Positions 13,101 through 27,800 of a stretch of 64,000 nt of DNA are shown here, one piece after another. Numbering within the stretch: position 1 is the first letter of the stretch; each line of letters opens with the position of its first letter. The DNA is from Pavona decussata (Eukaryota): assembly GCA_977016875.1 (NCBI GenBank), contig CDRNST010000214.1, positions 186,001 to 250,000 on the forward strand, given 5' to 3'. Position numbers and translations under genes: made by a program. Under the pieces are notes generated by a model. It did not search any database, was not told where the DNA came from, and was given only the letters and a program-made list of their open reading frames with translations.

Positions 13101-16100
13101 TTCTAAGAAGACTTCAAAGGGTTTCTTGTAGAGGAGGTAAAAAGGTTGTCTTTCAAGGCTTGACAGGCTTTGTTCACATTGTACCAGACGGTACATAACT
13201 TGCACGGAACCGAACCATGTGTAGTGGAACAGAAATTTACTCTATAATCTAACAAAGTTTTCTCACCGTACCCTGAGTAGCGATTTCAGATTGGCAAGGA
13301 TCCAAAATTGTATTTGCTTCTGACTTCGGGACAAAACTTTCATGGAGACGGGGTTCATGCAAATTCTGTTAAGGATACAATGTGAACAAAGCCTCAAAAG
13401 TTTCCTTGCGATCGAAGGAATATGAAGGGCTTCAGCAGAAGTAGGCTTTACAGGGTTTCGTTTCCTTTTTGAAAGGAATTCTACCGACTTTCAGAGGGTT
13501 TTCAAGCATACGTGAACAGACTTCTTCAAGATTTTCTGACTGACGAAGTGGCGTTCAATGATAGTTGAAAGAAAACTTGCGGAAGAAAATTATTTAGCGA
13601 TGGAGGTGTTAACTGGAGTGGCCACCCGCTAGGCAGGAACAGGTATTACAGGTACTCTTTTATTCGTTAAAACGGAAAATTGTTCCATTAAGAGACTGAG
13701 CTAAAGAGGCCGGTTGACAACAAAGACAAATGTGGTCTAATTTTCACAAAAAATGATAAAACGTGGCTGACTGGCCGACAGTTTCGGCGCTTCAATATTT
13801 TTCTGCAGTCCAGCTGGTTTCGTTTACCTATATAGCAAAACATGTTCATGTGCTTTTGAAAGATGTCTGTTTTACTTCGCAAAGCTGATCTGAGATGAGG
13901 GCGGTGAGGGCGGGTTTCCACTTGTGAAATAAGCAAAATAAATAAGCATACAGACGTTTCTACTGCGCCAAAAGAACAAACATTCACACGCAAGAGCAGT
14001 GGTTTGAGTTTCCGTACCTAGTTGAAATAGCACCAAGGATCGGTACAGTCCATGTCTGAGATGACTGAAAATATAGTTTTTCTGCGCTTGTACCCGATTG
14101 TTCTTATTCTCGTACTTATGGTGATTCTTATCGCACAATTAGAAACACGTTTAAGCCTCTTTTCGCGTTCAAAATCGCCTTGAATCATACTACATGGGGT
14201 ATTAGGGACTTTGGGAAACCAAAACGCGTACGGCAACTTCAACGAAAACGTCGCTTGAAAATATAAGTTTGCGTTTCTATGTGGCCGAACTATCCAGTAA
14301 CGGAACAGGTGGAAACGGCATTCAATTCGAGACAGAGATTGAAAAATTACCGTCATGTACTCACGTTCCCCACAAAACCTTGAATTTGGTCATTTCACGT
14401 TGTTGTTTGGCCGAGTCGGGCGAAGAAATGTACCAAACTTTATAACACACGTGCAGGACCTCATTAAATCCTATTGTTTTGTCACGTTCTCGTTGCCGAC
14501 GCTGTAGTAGCTCCTTAAACTCATAGCTAAGCCAAGGCATCGACGCTGGATAAAGCGGCCAAAAAATGAATTAATTGGAAAATCGCCTGTACTTACAGAA
14601 AAGCACTCCACTCAATACGTTTTAACTGGTCACACAAACACAAGCTCTTGTACAGAACAACATACACACGGTTAATTTTGGCGAATATTTAATCGGAAGG
14701 CCTGCCTAATTCGGATTGAATTGGGAACAACAACTGATGTTTTCTATGGCGTTTTGTCACATAAAATTGCATAACAAAGGAAAGGGAATGTTTTCGAAGG
14801 GGCGAAAAAGGAGCGAAATATGGTCAGCTAGGATTTTGGGAAAGCCGACAGCAGCTCGTAAATTCGGAAATAGGTATTCGTTATAAGACTTAAAAACTCG
14901 GCTTAAGAATCTCTTAGCGTCCACAATTATATCATTTTCCACCGAAAATGATAAAACAGAAAACGACATTTGAGGTAACAAATATTCTCGCTTTCCAAAA
15001 AATCAGCCAGACAGCAAGATTCGGGGTTTACACATATACCGCAAAGAAAAATTTGATCAGATATGGAAATTCTGTTCTTCGTAATTTTAAAGCTAAAAGG
15101 CTTGCTTTTCAGCTCGTTCAGCCTATGGCAGACTTATGGTAGAACGAGAGAAGAGAGAATTTTCCTATTTGGAAAATGCTTTTAGCTATGTTGGATTTAT
15201 AAATAGCTTTAAATGAACTGTATTTTTATTAGTTTGTTATCTTGTTAGAGTAGTTATAGTCAAGTAAAATTCATATTCACTTATTATAGCCACTCTTTGA
15301 AATTTACATCATAAGTAAATTCAGTCTGCATGCGTGCTGTTAAAAACTGTAAATTTTAATAAACCATTCTTGATCTTTCCTTATTCAGACAAGATGTCTC
15401 GTTACTGCGTGCCCTCAAGCCATTTCATACCCCTTAATTTTAATTATGCCTTTGGCGAAATCGTCGGTTAAAAGGATTCGTGAAGATTATCCCGCAATAA
15501 GCAAATTCGCTTTCATATTTTTCCACCAAGCTGGTGGTGGTTGGGGAGGAGAAGAAGGGGCTAGGGGAGGTTTGTTGATCTTGTGAAGATTTCCAGGTTT
15601 TACCTTTCAGAATTAATAAAATTGAATTTCTGGCAATGGATCGTGCGTGCTAAAATAGTACTCTGGAGCTGAAATTGTTTCGGGAGTTAACCATATCAGT
15701 AAAATCGACTAAAGAGTTGCGACTTATGCCCGGTAAACAAGGATTTTATTCTCTAAAAATCGGACGAAAACATGGCTTCGCCATCAGTGCTTCTCTGTGG
15801 TAAAATTTTCTACTTTGCTCAAACGTTAATTCCAAAGTTTCCCAGCAGAAAGAGAGAAGACCAAAAGCTCTACAAACTCACCAGACACTGAAAAACGAGT
15901 CAAAATTTTGTTTTCGTCGCAAGCCCAAAGAAAAGCTTTCAAACTTGACCTCCAGTATCAAGGAAAACCTACAAACAACATTTTAGGAAGTTTGGCCTGA
16001 AATTCAACGTCGCAACGTTCAAAAATTGTACTTTGGGGCATAAATTTGCAGTGTTTTGGGAAAATGTTAGCATAATAAAGGTAAACATACCATGAGATCT

Positions 16101-19100
16101 AATCTTTTCTCCGGACTTTCTTTCGCCGAAATTTTTCCTACCGTTTCGACTTATTTTCCTTTCGCTCAATTATCTGAAGATGTGCTTACTACAGATGCTA
16201 TAATTTATCTACCTAAGTCTTCGTTGGTGAGCTCTTTGACATCCAAAGCAGCAAAGCGCAAATCCCTTAAATTACTCCTCGACGGGATAACCTCAGCAGT
16301 AGGCGAAATTTACAGCGCTGGCTGGCTCAAGTAAACTGACGAGCGTCGCTGTCTTTGGTCGTGTGTGGTTTGAATACCTTCCCTTGCCAATTCCCCACGG
16401 TTGGCTGGATGCCGTGCGTTTAGCGTCTGTTTCCGTGTGTTAAGCGTATGCGTACGTGGAACATTGCATGCACAGCGCCTTAGTAATATTGTCCTTGAAA
16501 TTCCTGTAGCCTCAGGCGACCTACCTTCAGCTGTAGCGGCGGAACAACGCGTGAGCGGGTCGGACATAGGTCGGTGCTCTTGCGATAATGCCGAACTTTG
16601 TACGTGCAGAGACGTGAATTTTGCCCCTTTAACGCACGTACATACATTGTAGGGAAACAACTGAAAGTCAACAATGCACGAGCGACTTGCATCGAATTTT
16701 TTTCCGATTGGGCAAGCCAGCAAAATTTGTATTTGAGGGTGTGTAAAAATTACGAAATAGTGTCAGCAGAGGAAATCTGCTACCTTTCACCTTCAGGACC
16801 GTGTGACGCTTCAAACAAATGTCGGCTTGTATTGTCGGTAGTTTAAAATATCTTTTACGCTAGTTTGTGGGTGAAAGCTACTGAGCAGTACTTTCCTGTG
16901 GCACTGTTTATTATGCTGCACAAGGTCGTTCCATCTCTAGAGTTTGTGGACGAAATTTTTTAAATGCCGGTGACCCCTCAACTGAAAGCTACTGACCTGT
17001 CCCTTATTTTTGCACTGTTTATTGTATAGTATGCTGTTCACGATGTACAAAGTGATTTTCACTTTTGAGTTTATGGATGAAATCCTAAAGCGTGACCATT
17101 GAAATAAATGTTACTGTGCAGAACTTTCCTGTGGTGCTGTTTATTTTGCTCTACAAGGTCGTTTTAACTTTGAAGTCTGTAAATGATGTCCTTAAGTTTG
17201 ACTATTCGCATGAAGGCTGTGGAGTGGTACTATCTTGTCGCGCCGTTGTTTAATTTTAAACGGATTTATTTGCTTAAGAGCAACTTTGCCACACGTGAGA
17301 CGAAACGGGTGAAGAGGTTAAAATGCATATAAAGAAAAAAAACTAGCGTTTTGATCTCTTGACCAGCACTTCATTCAGATCAACAACCACAAAATACAGA
17401 TTATAGCGTGAAAAAGACAATATTGACAAGTATGGACTTCCTTCCACTATTCGTACGCAAACAAGTAACTCAAAAAATAACAAAACCGAACTTTTATGTT
17501 TTGGGCGTCGAATCGGCATATGAGTTCTGCTGGTGGGGCATTCAACAATGAGTACACTTTAGTCACGGAGAATTTGTCATCAACACCATGGAATAATCTT
17601 GGTTTGACTTTGGAATTGTTTTGAAAAAGTATCAACTCGGAATGTTTCTCATATCTCACAAAATACACATGTGGTGAAAATAGTGTTGTTTTTTTGTAAC
17701 AATTTAGAAACACGCTGAGCTGTCCCGGCGACAAATGTAAAGGATCAACGACCCACGGGGAAGATGTTATTAATACCACAGACATCCATGACGCTACTAA
17801 CAAGCGATGACATGTTAAACGATTGAATCGATGATAGAAAGGATCTTGCTAAGCAGTGACCAGCTGGGCCAAAATACCATTCCAACAAAGGATCATGACC
17901 TGGTCACACACCGCCTGTATTGTGTAGCTTATAAGTTTGCGGCCGTGCAAGCGGTAATTTTCTCGTTCATTCGGTTTGTTTCAACTGCAGAGGTACCTTG
18001 ACAATACGGGCGTGTCAAAAGGAGAGTAAAGAAGAGGGGGCGAGGCATAAGGGCGGAGAACCTCGTCAACAAACCAGCTGGGCTCAGTTGTTCAAAGCCC
18101 GATTAAGCTAATCCTGGATTAACAACAACTTTGGTTCGAGTTTAATTACACAACGGTAAAGATTTTTCAAAAATATTTTTGTCCCTCAGTTTTGACGTTG
18201 ACTTTTCTTTACCACTAGCGTCACACTAGAGTTACAAAACTTTCTTAACGAGCGAGCAGAAACTTCGGTTAACTTTTAATCGTGGATTGACGTTAATCGG
18301 CTTTCGAACAACCGGGCCTACTGTAAGCCAACCAAGGTAAACAGCTCCACCATACACTGCATCAAAAAGAACTAGCCACCGAACAATCAAAGAAAACACA
18401 TTTTCCGTCATCAATCATACAAAACAGTGTTCTTGGAACCAATGCATTCTATCTGGGGCCTTTGTTCCATCTACAAACAACAAGGATTCCTAGAAGAGCG
18501 TACGTACCCATTTAGTGTATCTGTCATGAGTGTTACTGATAATGGAGCGCGCTAGTTTCTAAGAAGTGTTTTCAAAGGATGAAAAAAGGTTTAAAAAGTT
18601 GATTTCTCTCAAGCGAAACTCGAGTTCAACACGATAGTGATAACACATTTATTTTCATATGCGCTTTATGACCGAGGCGTCAGGCGGAGGTCAACAGAAA
18701 TTTCAACTCTGCAAGAGACCGTGTGTTCATTATATAAACCAAAGTGTGGCCTACGAGTTTAACTCAGTACTACTGTGGTACAAGTGTATCTAGCAATCAG
18801 AAAAGAGGACTTCAAACTAGACCTTAAGAACGCAAACTAAACGCTAGGTTACTAATTACCTTGGTGCTTTTGGATGACTTCATTCCAGGGCCCTGAGCTC
18901 TTGGTCTCACTGAAGGATCCTCAGAGAGCTCCTGGTCAGGATGTCCCAAGTATTCTTTGGTTCTGAACGAGAGCCTGATCTCATCTAGGCAGTGCATCAG
19001 TTCGTAGGTCTGTGAACTGGAAAATATTACCTGGACAAGAATGAAAAGTAAATAAATAAATAAACAAGCAAACAAACAAACAATCAATTAAGCCTGAGGT

Positions 19101-21772
19101 CAGAATGAACATTTTCGAATGGCTGGAGTTCTCTCTCTTCAACCTAACGCGCGTTCCAATTGGTTGTTTCGTGGTCAAGCGGTGAAGACTAAATTCAAAT
19201 GTGGCCAGTGGGTTCTACAACTGAAAATTGTAGTCCACTAAGTTATATTGCAGAACTTATACTTGTGAGATATTTTGACTTAGGAACTATTGCTGGAGCA
19301 AATAAATGGTTATAAACTAAGAGAAGAGTTCAATTTATTACTCAACTAAACAGTATTCGTCATGGGAAACTGCGAAATTTCCAGGAAAACAGGGTGACTT
19401 GAAAGGGGCTACTTCATATGGCCAGTAAGTTTGATTTAAATAGGAGAGCATTATTCATTGAATAAAAGTGATAACTTTATTTGCAGTAGTACATCTGAAC
19501 CCGTAAGACTGATATCATAGAATCCTGATCACAGACAAGACTTAAGATTCGAAGAAACAGATAACATTTCAGGAGTCATTCCAAAAAATTCCTATATTTC
19601 ACCGTGTGTAAACTCATAACATTGTTGGGCGCAACAATACAAAGGTAGACTGACGAAGCATATTCGGGGATTAACCCTTTCCTTATTCTTGTATCTTTAA
19701 TATTATAGCTCAGTCTGCCTTCTTACTTAGCAGTTAAAGTTATTCTTTCTTTTTATCATCCTGGCCTGCCTAGATTAGCTTTGCTACCTGCGGCGTCAAG
19801 AGATTGTACATGAAAATTTATACAAACCCCTAATAAAGTTGAAAGTTGAAATTGCGCCTGCATTTCGCCGTGCATTCGGGCCTGCATGGATAAAGTCCTC
19901 CCTCATTAACAGTCAACAGTTAGTCAGACCTTGACGGTCTAACACAGACTGTACGGACCGAAGTACGTGCGGGTGCTACTACAGTACACTTCACTCTGTT
20001 AAGAGGGAGTGGTATAAAATTTAGTTCCCTACCTCTTCATGTTCCAAGAGTGGAATACTGTCCGTTAATAATGTTAACCATAACCTGAAATAAGTAATGG
20101 CAATGGTGTTAGCCTGTTTGACACCTACCATGATTAAAAGAAAGAAAAGAAGAAAATTGAGAGAGAAAGAAAGAAGCAGGAAAGAAAGAAAGAAAGAGAG
20201 AAAGAAAGAAAGAAAGAACGTAAACCAAAACTCAACATCAACGATCACCGCTTGCTTGAAGGTTCATAAGCTTGAACGCTTAAGATGACAAAAAACAAAA
20301 CAAAACAAACACAAACACAAACAAACAAACAAAACAAAAAACTCAGTTAGATGAACCTCGTTTTTTATGGTCCATGTTGAGGAAAGTCGCTTGCAATTTC
20401 TTCGGGGCTTAAAAACATGAAAAGTGTGGCCGCATATTAACTGACAAGAGGCCGCTTGGCCTAGTCCTGGCCTAGTGGTAAGCTTAGCATATCGGACTTG
20501 TAATACAGAGGTCCTAGAGGCCCCAATTCTCCTCAGGGCTCTGATGACTTCGATTAACTTCCCTGTGTTCACATCCTGGGCCAAGACATGTAAATAGCCA
20601 ACTGGCGAGATTCCGAGCATTTGGGATTACTAAAAAATGGTTGTTTAATTTGTAATGTTACTTTCTCTCACTGATAGTGTTCCCTTGATACATACAGTCA
20701 ACTCCCTTTATTGGGGACACCCTCGGGACCGCGAGTGTGTCCGGACTCCTCTCGCTATTAAGGACACGAACTCGTGGACCCAAGGGTGTCCCCAATAAAG
20801 GGAGTTGACTGTAACAGTAATTTATTTCAGTCAAACGTCTGGGCCGGGCTGTTCGAAAGCCGATTAACGCTAATCCACGATTAAAAGTTAACCGCGAATT
20901 TCATCTCGCTCATTAAAGTGTTTTTTTGAAAGCTAATTTTTAGCTCATGCTAAAGACAAGTCTAAGTCAAAACTGAGGGACAAAATCTCTGGCGGAACCT
21001 TTAACGATTAGTCATTAAACTCGAATCAAAGTTAACGTTAATCCAGGATTAGTTTAATTGAGCTTTGAACAACTGGGCTCTGTAATCTATTTTTGCCGGG
21101 GTGTCCGTATTAGCGAGGTGTGCGCAAGGCGCGCGAGAGTTGACTGTACTTTGACACTAAAATAAAGTGATTATTTTCTTTGATAAAAATCCTCCAAATA
21201 CAAACAAACTCTGGTGCAAGAAACACAGGGGCCAAAAAAAAAAAAAAAAAGGAAGCTTTTCTCTCGAATACCTAAACTGGTCCATAATAATTTAATTAAA
21301 AACTCATTTCTCAGCAGTTTTATTTAAGAGGCGCTTCGGAGTAACCCACTTTTAACTCTACAAAATTTAGCTGCATAATAAACAAGTTTGCAGACCACGC
21401 TCTTGAAAACATAGTGTTGGTGAACCGGCAGCACATCGCAGAAATCAATGCGTCGGTCTTGAAGCATTTCCATGTTGCGTGAAACAAAACTGACGATGTT
21501 TGAATGAAATTGTTTCGTCGTATAGCTGAGGTTCTATACAAAGACATCAAGTTGTGATTTTCATAATTCGTTTGAATAATAATTGATCTAATTTTGGCGA
21601 TGCTCGATCCTTCTTCTGTGTGCTTTATCAAGTGTTTCTTTTTGCGTCCCCGACTTTCGTGTCGAAAAAAATTCAATCTATTTTAAGGCCACTTTGTATT
21701 CGACGAAACCGCTGAAATAGCTTGACTCAATTGCATTCGGTTACACCGAACTCATAAGGGGGAGTTTAATGT

Positions 21773-21815
<43 letters not shown>

Positions 21816-24800
21816 AAAAACATGGTACACTTATCCAAACTGCAATTAATCAATAACTACTTCCGATGCAAAACAAAACCCACAGCCATATCGAGCCCAA
21901 TATCGTTAATGGTGTTTTATGGGGCCACGAGGCTTCTCTTGGCACTTGTTTTATTTGCCGAATGAAACAATATTGAAGCAGAACGCAAGCGAAAAAGCTC
22001 CATCATCTTCACGCTCAGTTAGTGATCTGTCATGCGATCATTGACGGTACTTCAAAATTCAAGAGAGTTGAAAAACAAAGCTAATTTAAACCTCCTTTAT
22101 GTTTTTGCTGCTTTTAAAATAGCAACTTCGTTTGAGAAGTTGACGAAATGCAAGTGCGTGCCAGCTTGAAAGCTCTTTGAAGGGAAAACCGCAGTAAACC
22201 GCCTAAAGAAATAACGCACTTAAGATTTAATCTAACTGCGGATGGAAGGTCTAATGGCTCAGTACAAATGAGGCGGAGATGCTTATGTGATGGGCCGGCG
22301 TTTCTTTGTGTTTTGCTTTCACAAGCGTTTATGGTTCTCCAGCTTGTATGAAATGGAGAAAAGTAAACTAGAAGTACAAATAAGCCTTTATAGTAACAAA
22401 ACAATTAAACGTAACGCATAATGACGCGAAATGCTACTCAGTAAATGTGGTTTCGTGAGGAGCGGTAGCGCACAAAGGAAAGCTGTCGGTTTCTGGGCGG
22501 AGAGGAATGATTTGCGCGACAAAATATCCATAATTGCGGCGAAAGGCATTATTAGCGCGCATTTTATTAGCACGTACGTATGGCGACAACTTCCTTGATA
22601 TATTTCTCGAAGCTTGAACGATAAGTTCAATCCAATCAGAATCATAAAACAACAAGATGCAAACAGTGCCGCGTAAAAATACAGACTAAAACGTTTATAG
22701 AATCATCGTTTGAGGCAAAATAAACAGCACCACAGGAAAGCAATGCTCACTAGCTTTCATTTGAATAGCCACACTTTAGGATTTAATCCACAGAATAAAC
22801 ACCTTGTACAGCATAATAAACAGCACCACAGGAAAGCAATGCTCACTAGCTTTCACTTGAATGGCCACACTTTAGGATTTAATCTATAGAATAACCACGT
22901 TGTACAGCATAATAAACAGCACCACAGGAAAGTAATGCTCAGTAGCTTTCATTTGAATGGCCACACTTTAGGGTTTCATCCATAGAATAACCACCTTGTA
23001 CAGCATAACAAACAGCACCACAGGAAAGTAATGCTCAGTAGCTTTCATTTGAATGACTACACTTTAGGATTTAATCCATAGAATAACCACCTTGTACAGC
23101 ATAATAAACAGCACCACAGGAAAGTAATGCTCAGTAGCTTTCATTTGAATGACCACACTTTAGGATTTAATCCATAGAATAACCACCTTGTACAGCATAA
23201 TAAACAGCACCACAGGAAAGCGCTGCTCAGTGGCTTTCATTTCTAAAAAATGGAAGTTACAACGAACCTTCTACAGCATCAGTAATAAACAACACCAAAA
23301 TAGCTTTCATTTTTATAGTGACCTCATTTCATTTTAGCTTTCATTTGCTTGATCTCAAATCATTGTTACACCCACAGTCTCGGGCAAAAGAACCACTTTT
23401 TTAACATAACAGGAAGAACCGCAAGGGGAAAAAATTGTTTGACATGATAGGTTTTATTTGAACTTCGAAATTCACCTATTCAGTCACAAGCTTGCACGTT
23501 AAAAACAGCGCGTTCCTGGGAAGAGCACGGCCAAGTGGTTTCACTCCATGCATTCTGATTGGTCGAGAACAAATTAACTATTACATCGACAAACTTATGA
23601 AAAACTTGGAGAAAGCCGAAAAATTTCCTGATTGGTTTTGAGCATTACGGGATAACCCGAGAATTCGACTTTTTTAAGGACGGTGCCTACAAATACAAAG
23701 TTATTTTTGCACGGTTCATGACAATGCGGAAAAAACAAGGGCTAAAATGAAAATTGGGGTAGCAACGCATTTTTCAGAGGTAATTACGCTTCAATCCCGA
23801 AAAAATGCCATTCATTGTCTTTTACAGCTTTTTAGACTTATTGTCTCTGAAAAATACGGGATTACTCCCAAGTTTCATTTTCGATTACAATATCCATTGT
23901 TAAGATCTGCTTTTCCTGTGTAGCCCCCCGTAAATATCATATTCTTTGACATGGTTATTATAAACGCTCAAAATTTAAATAAGACGACTTGTCTGAAAAA
24001 CTGAAACCTGCACTAATAATTTTCAAATTTCCGAAAATAGCATAAAGTATCACTAGGAAGATACAGTTTCATTTAAAAAACTTGTGATCGTGATTTACAA
24101 ACTTTGCGCTTGTTCTCCAAATATCCCATCTCAGCATTGTGCACTGGGAAGTTAAAAATAGAAAATGCCGTCCTGTGGTCAATCAAAGTTCACGTTGTAG
24201 CTTTTTAAGGCTGCTTGGAACACAAAAATAACAACGATACTTCGGGAACGGCATGAAAACCTTTATTAAAACTAGTAGGCGTCCGGGAAGTGGCTTATAC
24301 ATACTTTGTCAACAGTGAATTTATAGTTGGCAGACCAATAAGCCTTTCCTTTTATAACCAGCTGTTACACAAAGAATATCTACCGCCACACGAACATTAC
24401 TACAATTCCACAATTGCATGAGATTTTTTTGTCTCTCTGTTAAATTTAGACACTGTTCTTTTTAAGGTGTCGGTTGCTTTTATGTCCAAGCGGCCGAATA
24501 TAACAACGAGTCGAAGAATGCTCCAGCGATCCAAAACAAATCTGATTTTACTCAGTGCTATGCCGGCTCTAGACAGGACGACAAAATGATGTCATTACGT
24601 GTATATCTTCTTGTGTTGTTGATTTCCTTTATTTCGTTTTTCTTTTCGGCGTAAAATCAGGCACCGAGGACATGTCGGCTATTTTAAACGCGGACATTCG
24701 AATCGGAAAATTCAGAGGAAAGTGTGTCAGCCAAGACGTGAGACACCGCACTGTATTCTTGAACAAGATACTTTGCTCCACCTTGTATCTCTACCAAGGT

Positions 24801-27800
24801 GTATACCGTAAAAGCTTAATTACACGGCTACCTCCAATTTTCTTTTTCGGATTCCAATAACCCTTGCCAAGATCTGCTTTGCCCGCATAGTAATAAACCG
24901 CTCAAAAATATCTCTGTTTAAGCACGCACCGCCGTTTAGAAATCCCACTTTCTCTGACCATCTCTAGATGCGCAGAACGTACGCGTAGTAGCAAAAGTAG
25001 GCCCCAACTAAGGCTTGGAGGTCATATTTCTTAACAACTTCGACCCCACCCCGTGTCTTCCCAAAACATCAGTCAATTGATCTATGGGGAAGCTTAAATT
25101 GCCCTTAAATACACATTAGTTTTATTGCGCTAAAGCAAAACTGATATTGTATTTGTGATACAAAATCCAAGATTCCAAGGCCTATCAACGTGGAATTCAA
25201 TTGACGAGGATAAAAAAAATCTTCTTCGTTGCTTTTGTTTAAAAAGAAATTGAAACATCTTCAAATCAAGGAACTTTGTTTCTTTGTATTTTTCCGTGTG
25301 TCTATGTTTGTTTGAGTGCCCTATCTGAACATATAAAACCTCTTTTCTGATAACTGCCTGCCTGGCATTTTTTAACTCTAAGGGTATTTTACGTAGCCAG
25401 TACCCTAATTATTTGTTTGCTACATTGTAAATGCTTTTCGTAGACTCTGGGGCAAATAAAGTTTGTTGTTGATGTTGTTGTATGTGCTATGGTTAGGTAG
25501 TCAGTTGTATGGTAAAATTTTGGAAAGCTTATTTAAATTTTGTTCAGTAAGAATTAAAGTAAGCCCCTTTCCTTGAGGCCTGAAAAGGACAACCTCAAAG
25601 AATGGGGGTAGCCAATTTCGGGGATAAGACCACAAATATTCTTAGCCACTTCAAGTTACAGAACCAATGGATTAATCACCAGCAGCGCTGAGCCTTTAAG
25701 GCTCGTGAAAAAATGTCCTAAGATTTTTACCTAAAAACCACCAGGTAATATATAGAACAAACACACATCACTGACAGCCAATCAGAAACGAGGGTTTGTG
25801 GATTTGCAACAGGCAACGACAAACGTCTTCTATTTGTCTTAATTAGCTCATATGTTGAAAATTCAGGACGGTCATTTATCAGCGACATTTGTAAGTGCCG
25901 GGGATTAGGTCTTTAAGAGCGCCATATCCACGCGACAAAGCTAAAATAGCATCAGTTGAAGAAGGAAAATATTTGTAATGGTTGCATGTATGAAAGAAAT
26001 GAAAGGAATTCTTTCGAGCATTATCGTATAATCTTAGAGAGATTAGTAGAAGATTCAAAACCGCGCATTTGATAGGCTAATACACTGTTTAATGTTCACC
26101 CACTGTCAATGATCGCGTGCCGGCGTCAACCATCTGAATTCTAAAACTTGTCTTGAAAACACAGCTTTCGCGATATAGTTGCTAAAGAACGTTTTCGTTT
26201 GAACGAGATCGCAGCAAAATTAAAGAGAATCGTACCGACTTCGTTTTAAACCGGATTACAGCTCTAAAATTAGTAAACTGCACTTTTGACCATCCTTATC
26301 CCGAATTCCTTCAAAATTGGATTTACTAGACTTTTACACCCTTTTTAGCAGTTGGGCGGGAGAATGCATAATAATAACAATAACAATAATATAGGAAAAA
26401 ACTACATGAACGCGAACTGAAATAACATTTGTTTTCGAGTATTGATGCTGATACCTTACGAGGGAATCTTGGGTTCTATACTAGACACAGCAAGACATGT
26501 TACGCGTCTGTAAGCAGACAGATATTGTTCTTTTAACAACGTACAAAAATATTTTTACAGGAGCGGATTTCAGAAGGCGAAAACAAAGCTTCTTATCAGC
26601 TTAACTCGTTTTCTGAGCTTTAAGAAACCCGAGCTTAACGAAAAGGCGTTTCTTTTATTCAATAAAACGCAAGATTTCGACCTTTCATGTAGAACTGCAT
26701 GGCTGAGGCCGAAGAAGGAAGAGGATGGATCTTCTGTTTAGAACTGACAGGGAAGACTTCATTTAATGGGGTGTTTCGTCTCAAAATCCTCTCTGCCTCA
26801 TGATCGCGTCAAGCTGTCGCAGATTTAGAGTTTTTGGTCACTGCTCTGTCAAACTCAGCAAAAAGTAGAACTCGCTCCATGAGACCAACGTTCTAACCAA
26901 CAACTAAGACTGAAAAATCCACGTAAATCTTCTCCTTGGTTACATCTAGGTGGCCGGAGAAAATAATTACAGCCACCAAGGTTTAAGCGAACCAGACGAG
27001 TGTCTTTAGGATAAATTCATGGAATCTATACCTAATATTTTAAAATTTAATAGGGGGACCTACCCATAATAAAATCTTTTGTTACCTACCAGGTGTCCCT
27101 TAATTAACAAACATTTGAATTGGCTAAGAAAAGGCACATCCGATGCCCAAAACGCGCTCGTAGTAAGTGATTTAAGTAAGTCAAGTAAGTCATTCATTTA
27201 ATGTCAGCTTGGGCAATCTCCCGAGCCAGAGGCTCATGATAAAGTGCTTGACAATAATCCAGATCGAAATGGAATTTGGAAATTTTGTGTTTGAGGAGAG
27301 GGGAAAACCGGAGTACCCGGAGAAAAACCTCTCGGAGCAAGGACGAGAACCAACAACAAACTCAACCCACATATGACGCCGAGTCCGGGAATCGAACCCG
27401 GGACACATTGCTGGGAGGTAACTCTCACCGCTGCACCATCCCTGCTCCCCATCGAAGGAAAGCCGAGGAACTTTGATAAGCTATTTACGAAAAAATATAA
27501 TAATGACCGCAACAGACTGGGGCCCAGCTACACACAAGGATTATAGTAAAAGATAAGAAATCTCAGATAGTTAATAACTACACCCGGCACTTTAACGTGT
27601 CACATCAAATGAATTATACGAGAGAACGTTGGCTCGTTGGCGCCGACGCTTTGCTCTGCTTTGCATCAAATGAAGCGACCAGGAGTATTATCACTCATAG
27701 CCTGGATGGAATGCTAGACCATAACAGGGAGACCTAATAACTAACATCTGACTGGTACCCATTTATACACCTGGGTTGAGAAGGACAACGTGTCGGTTGA

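Noticed and set aside
18490-18558. AG-preceded frame KLARSII… as the Nup85 last exon
   Set aside because: The exon at 4185-4105 matches the whole C-terminal helix ([14 protein letters not shown]) and has a much better acceptor.
27190-27512. ORFs such as [20 protein letters not shown] (also 44074-44304)
   Set aside because: Translations of SINE sequence.
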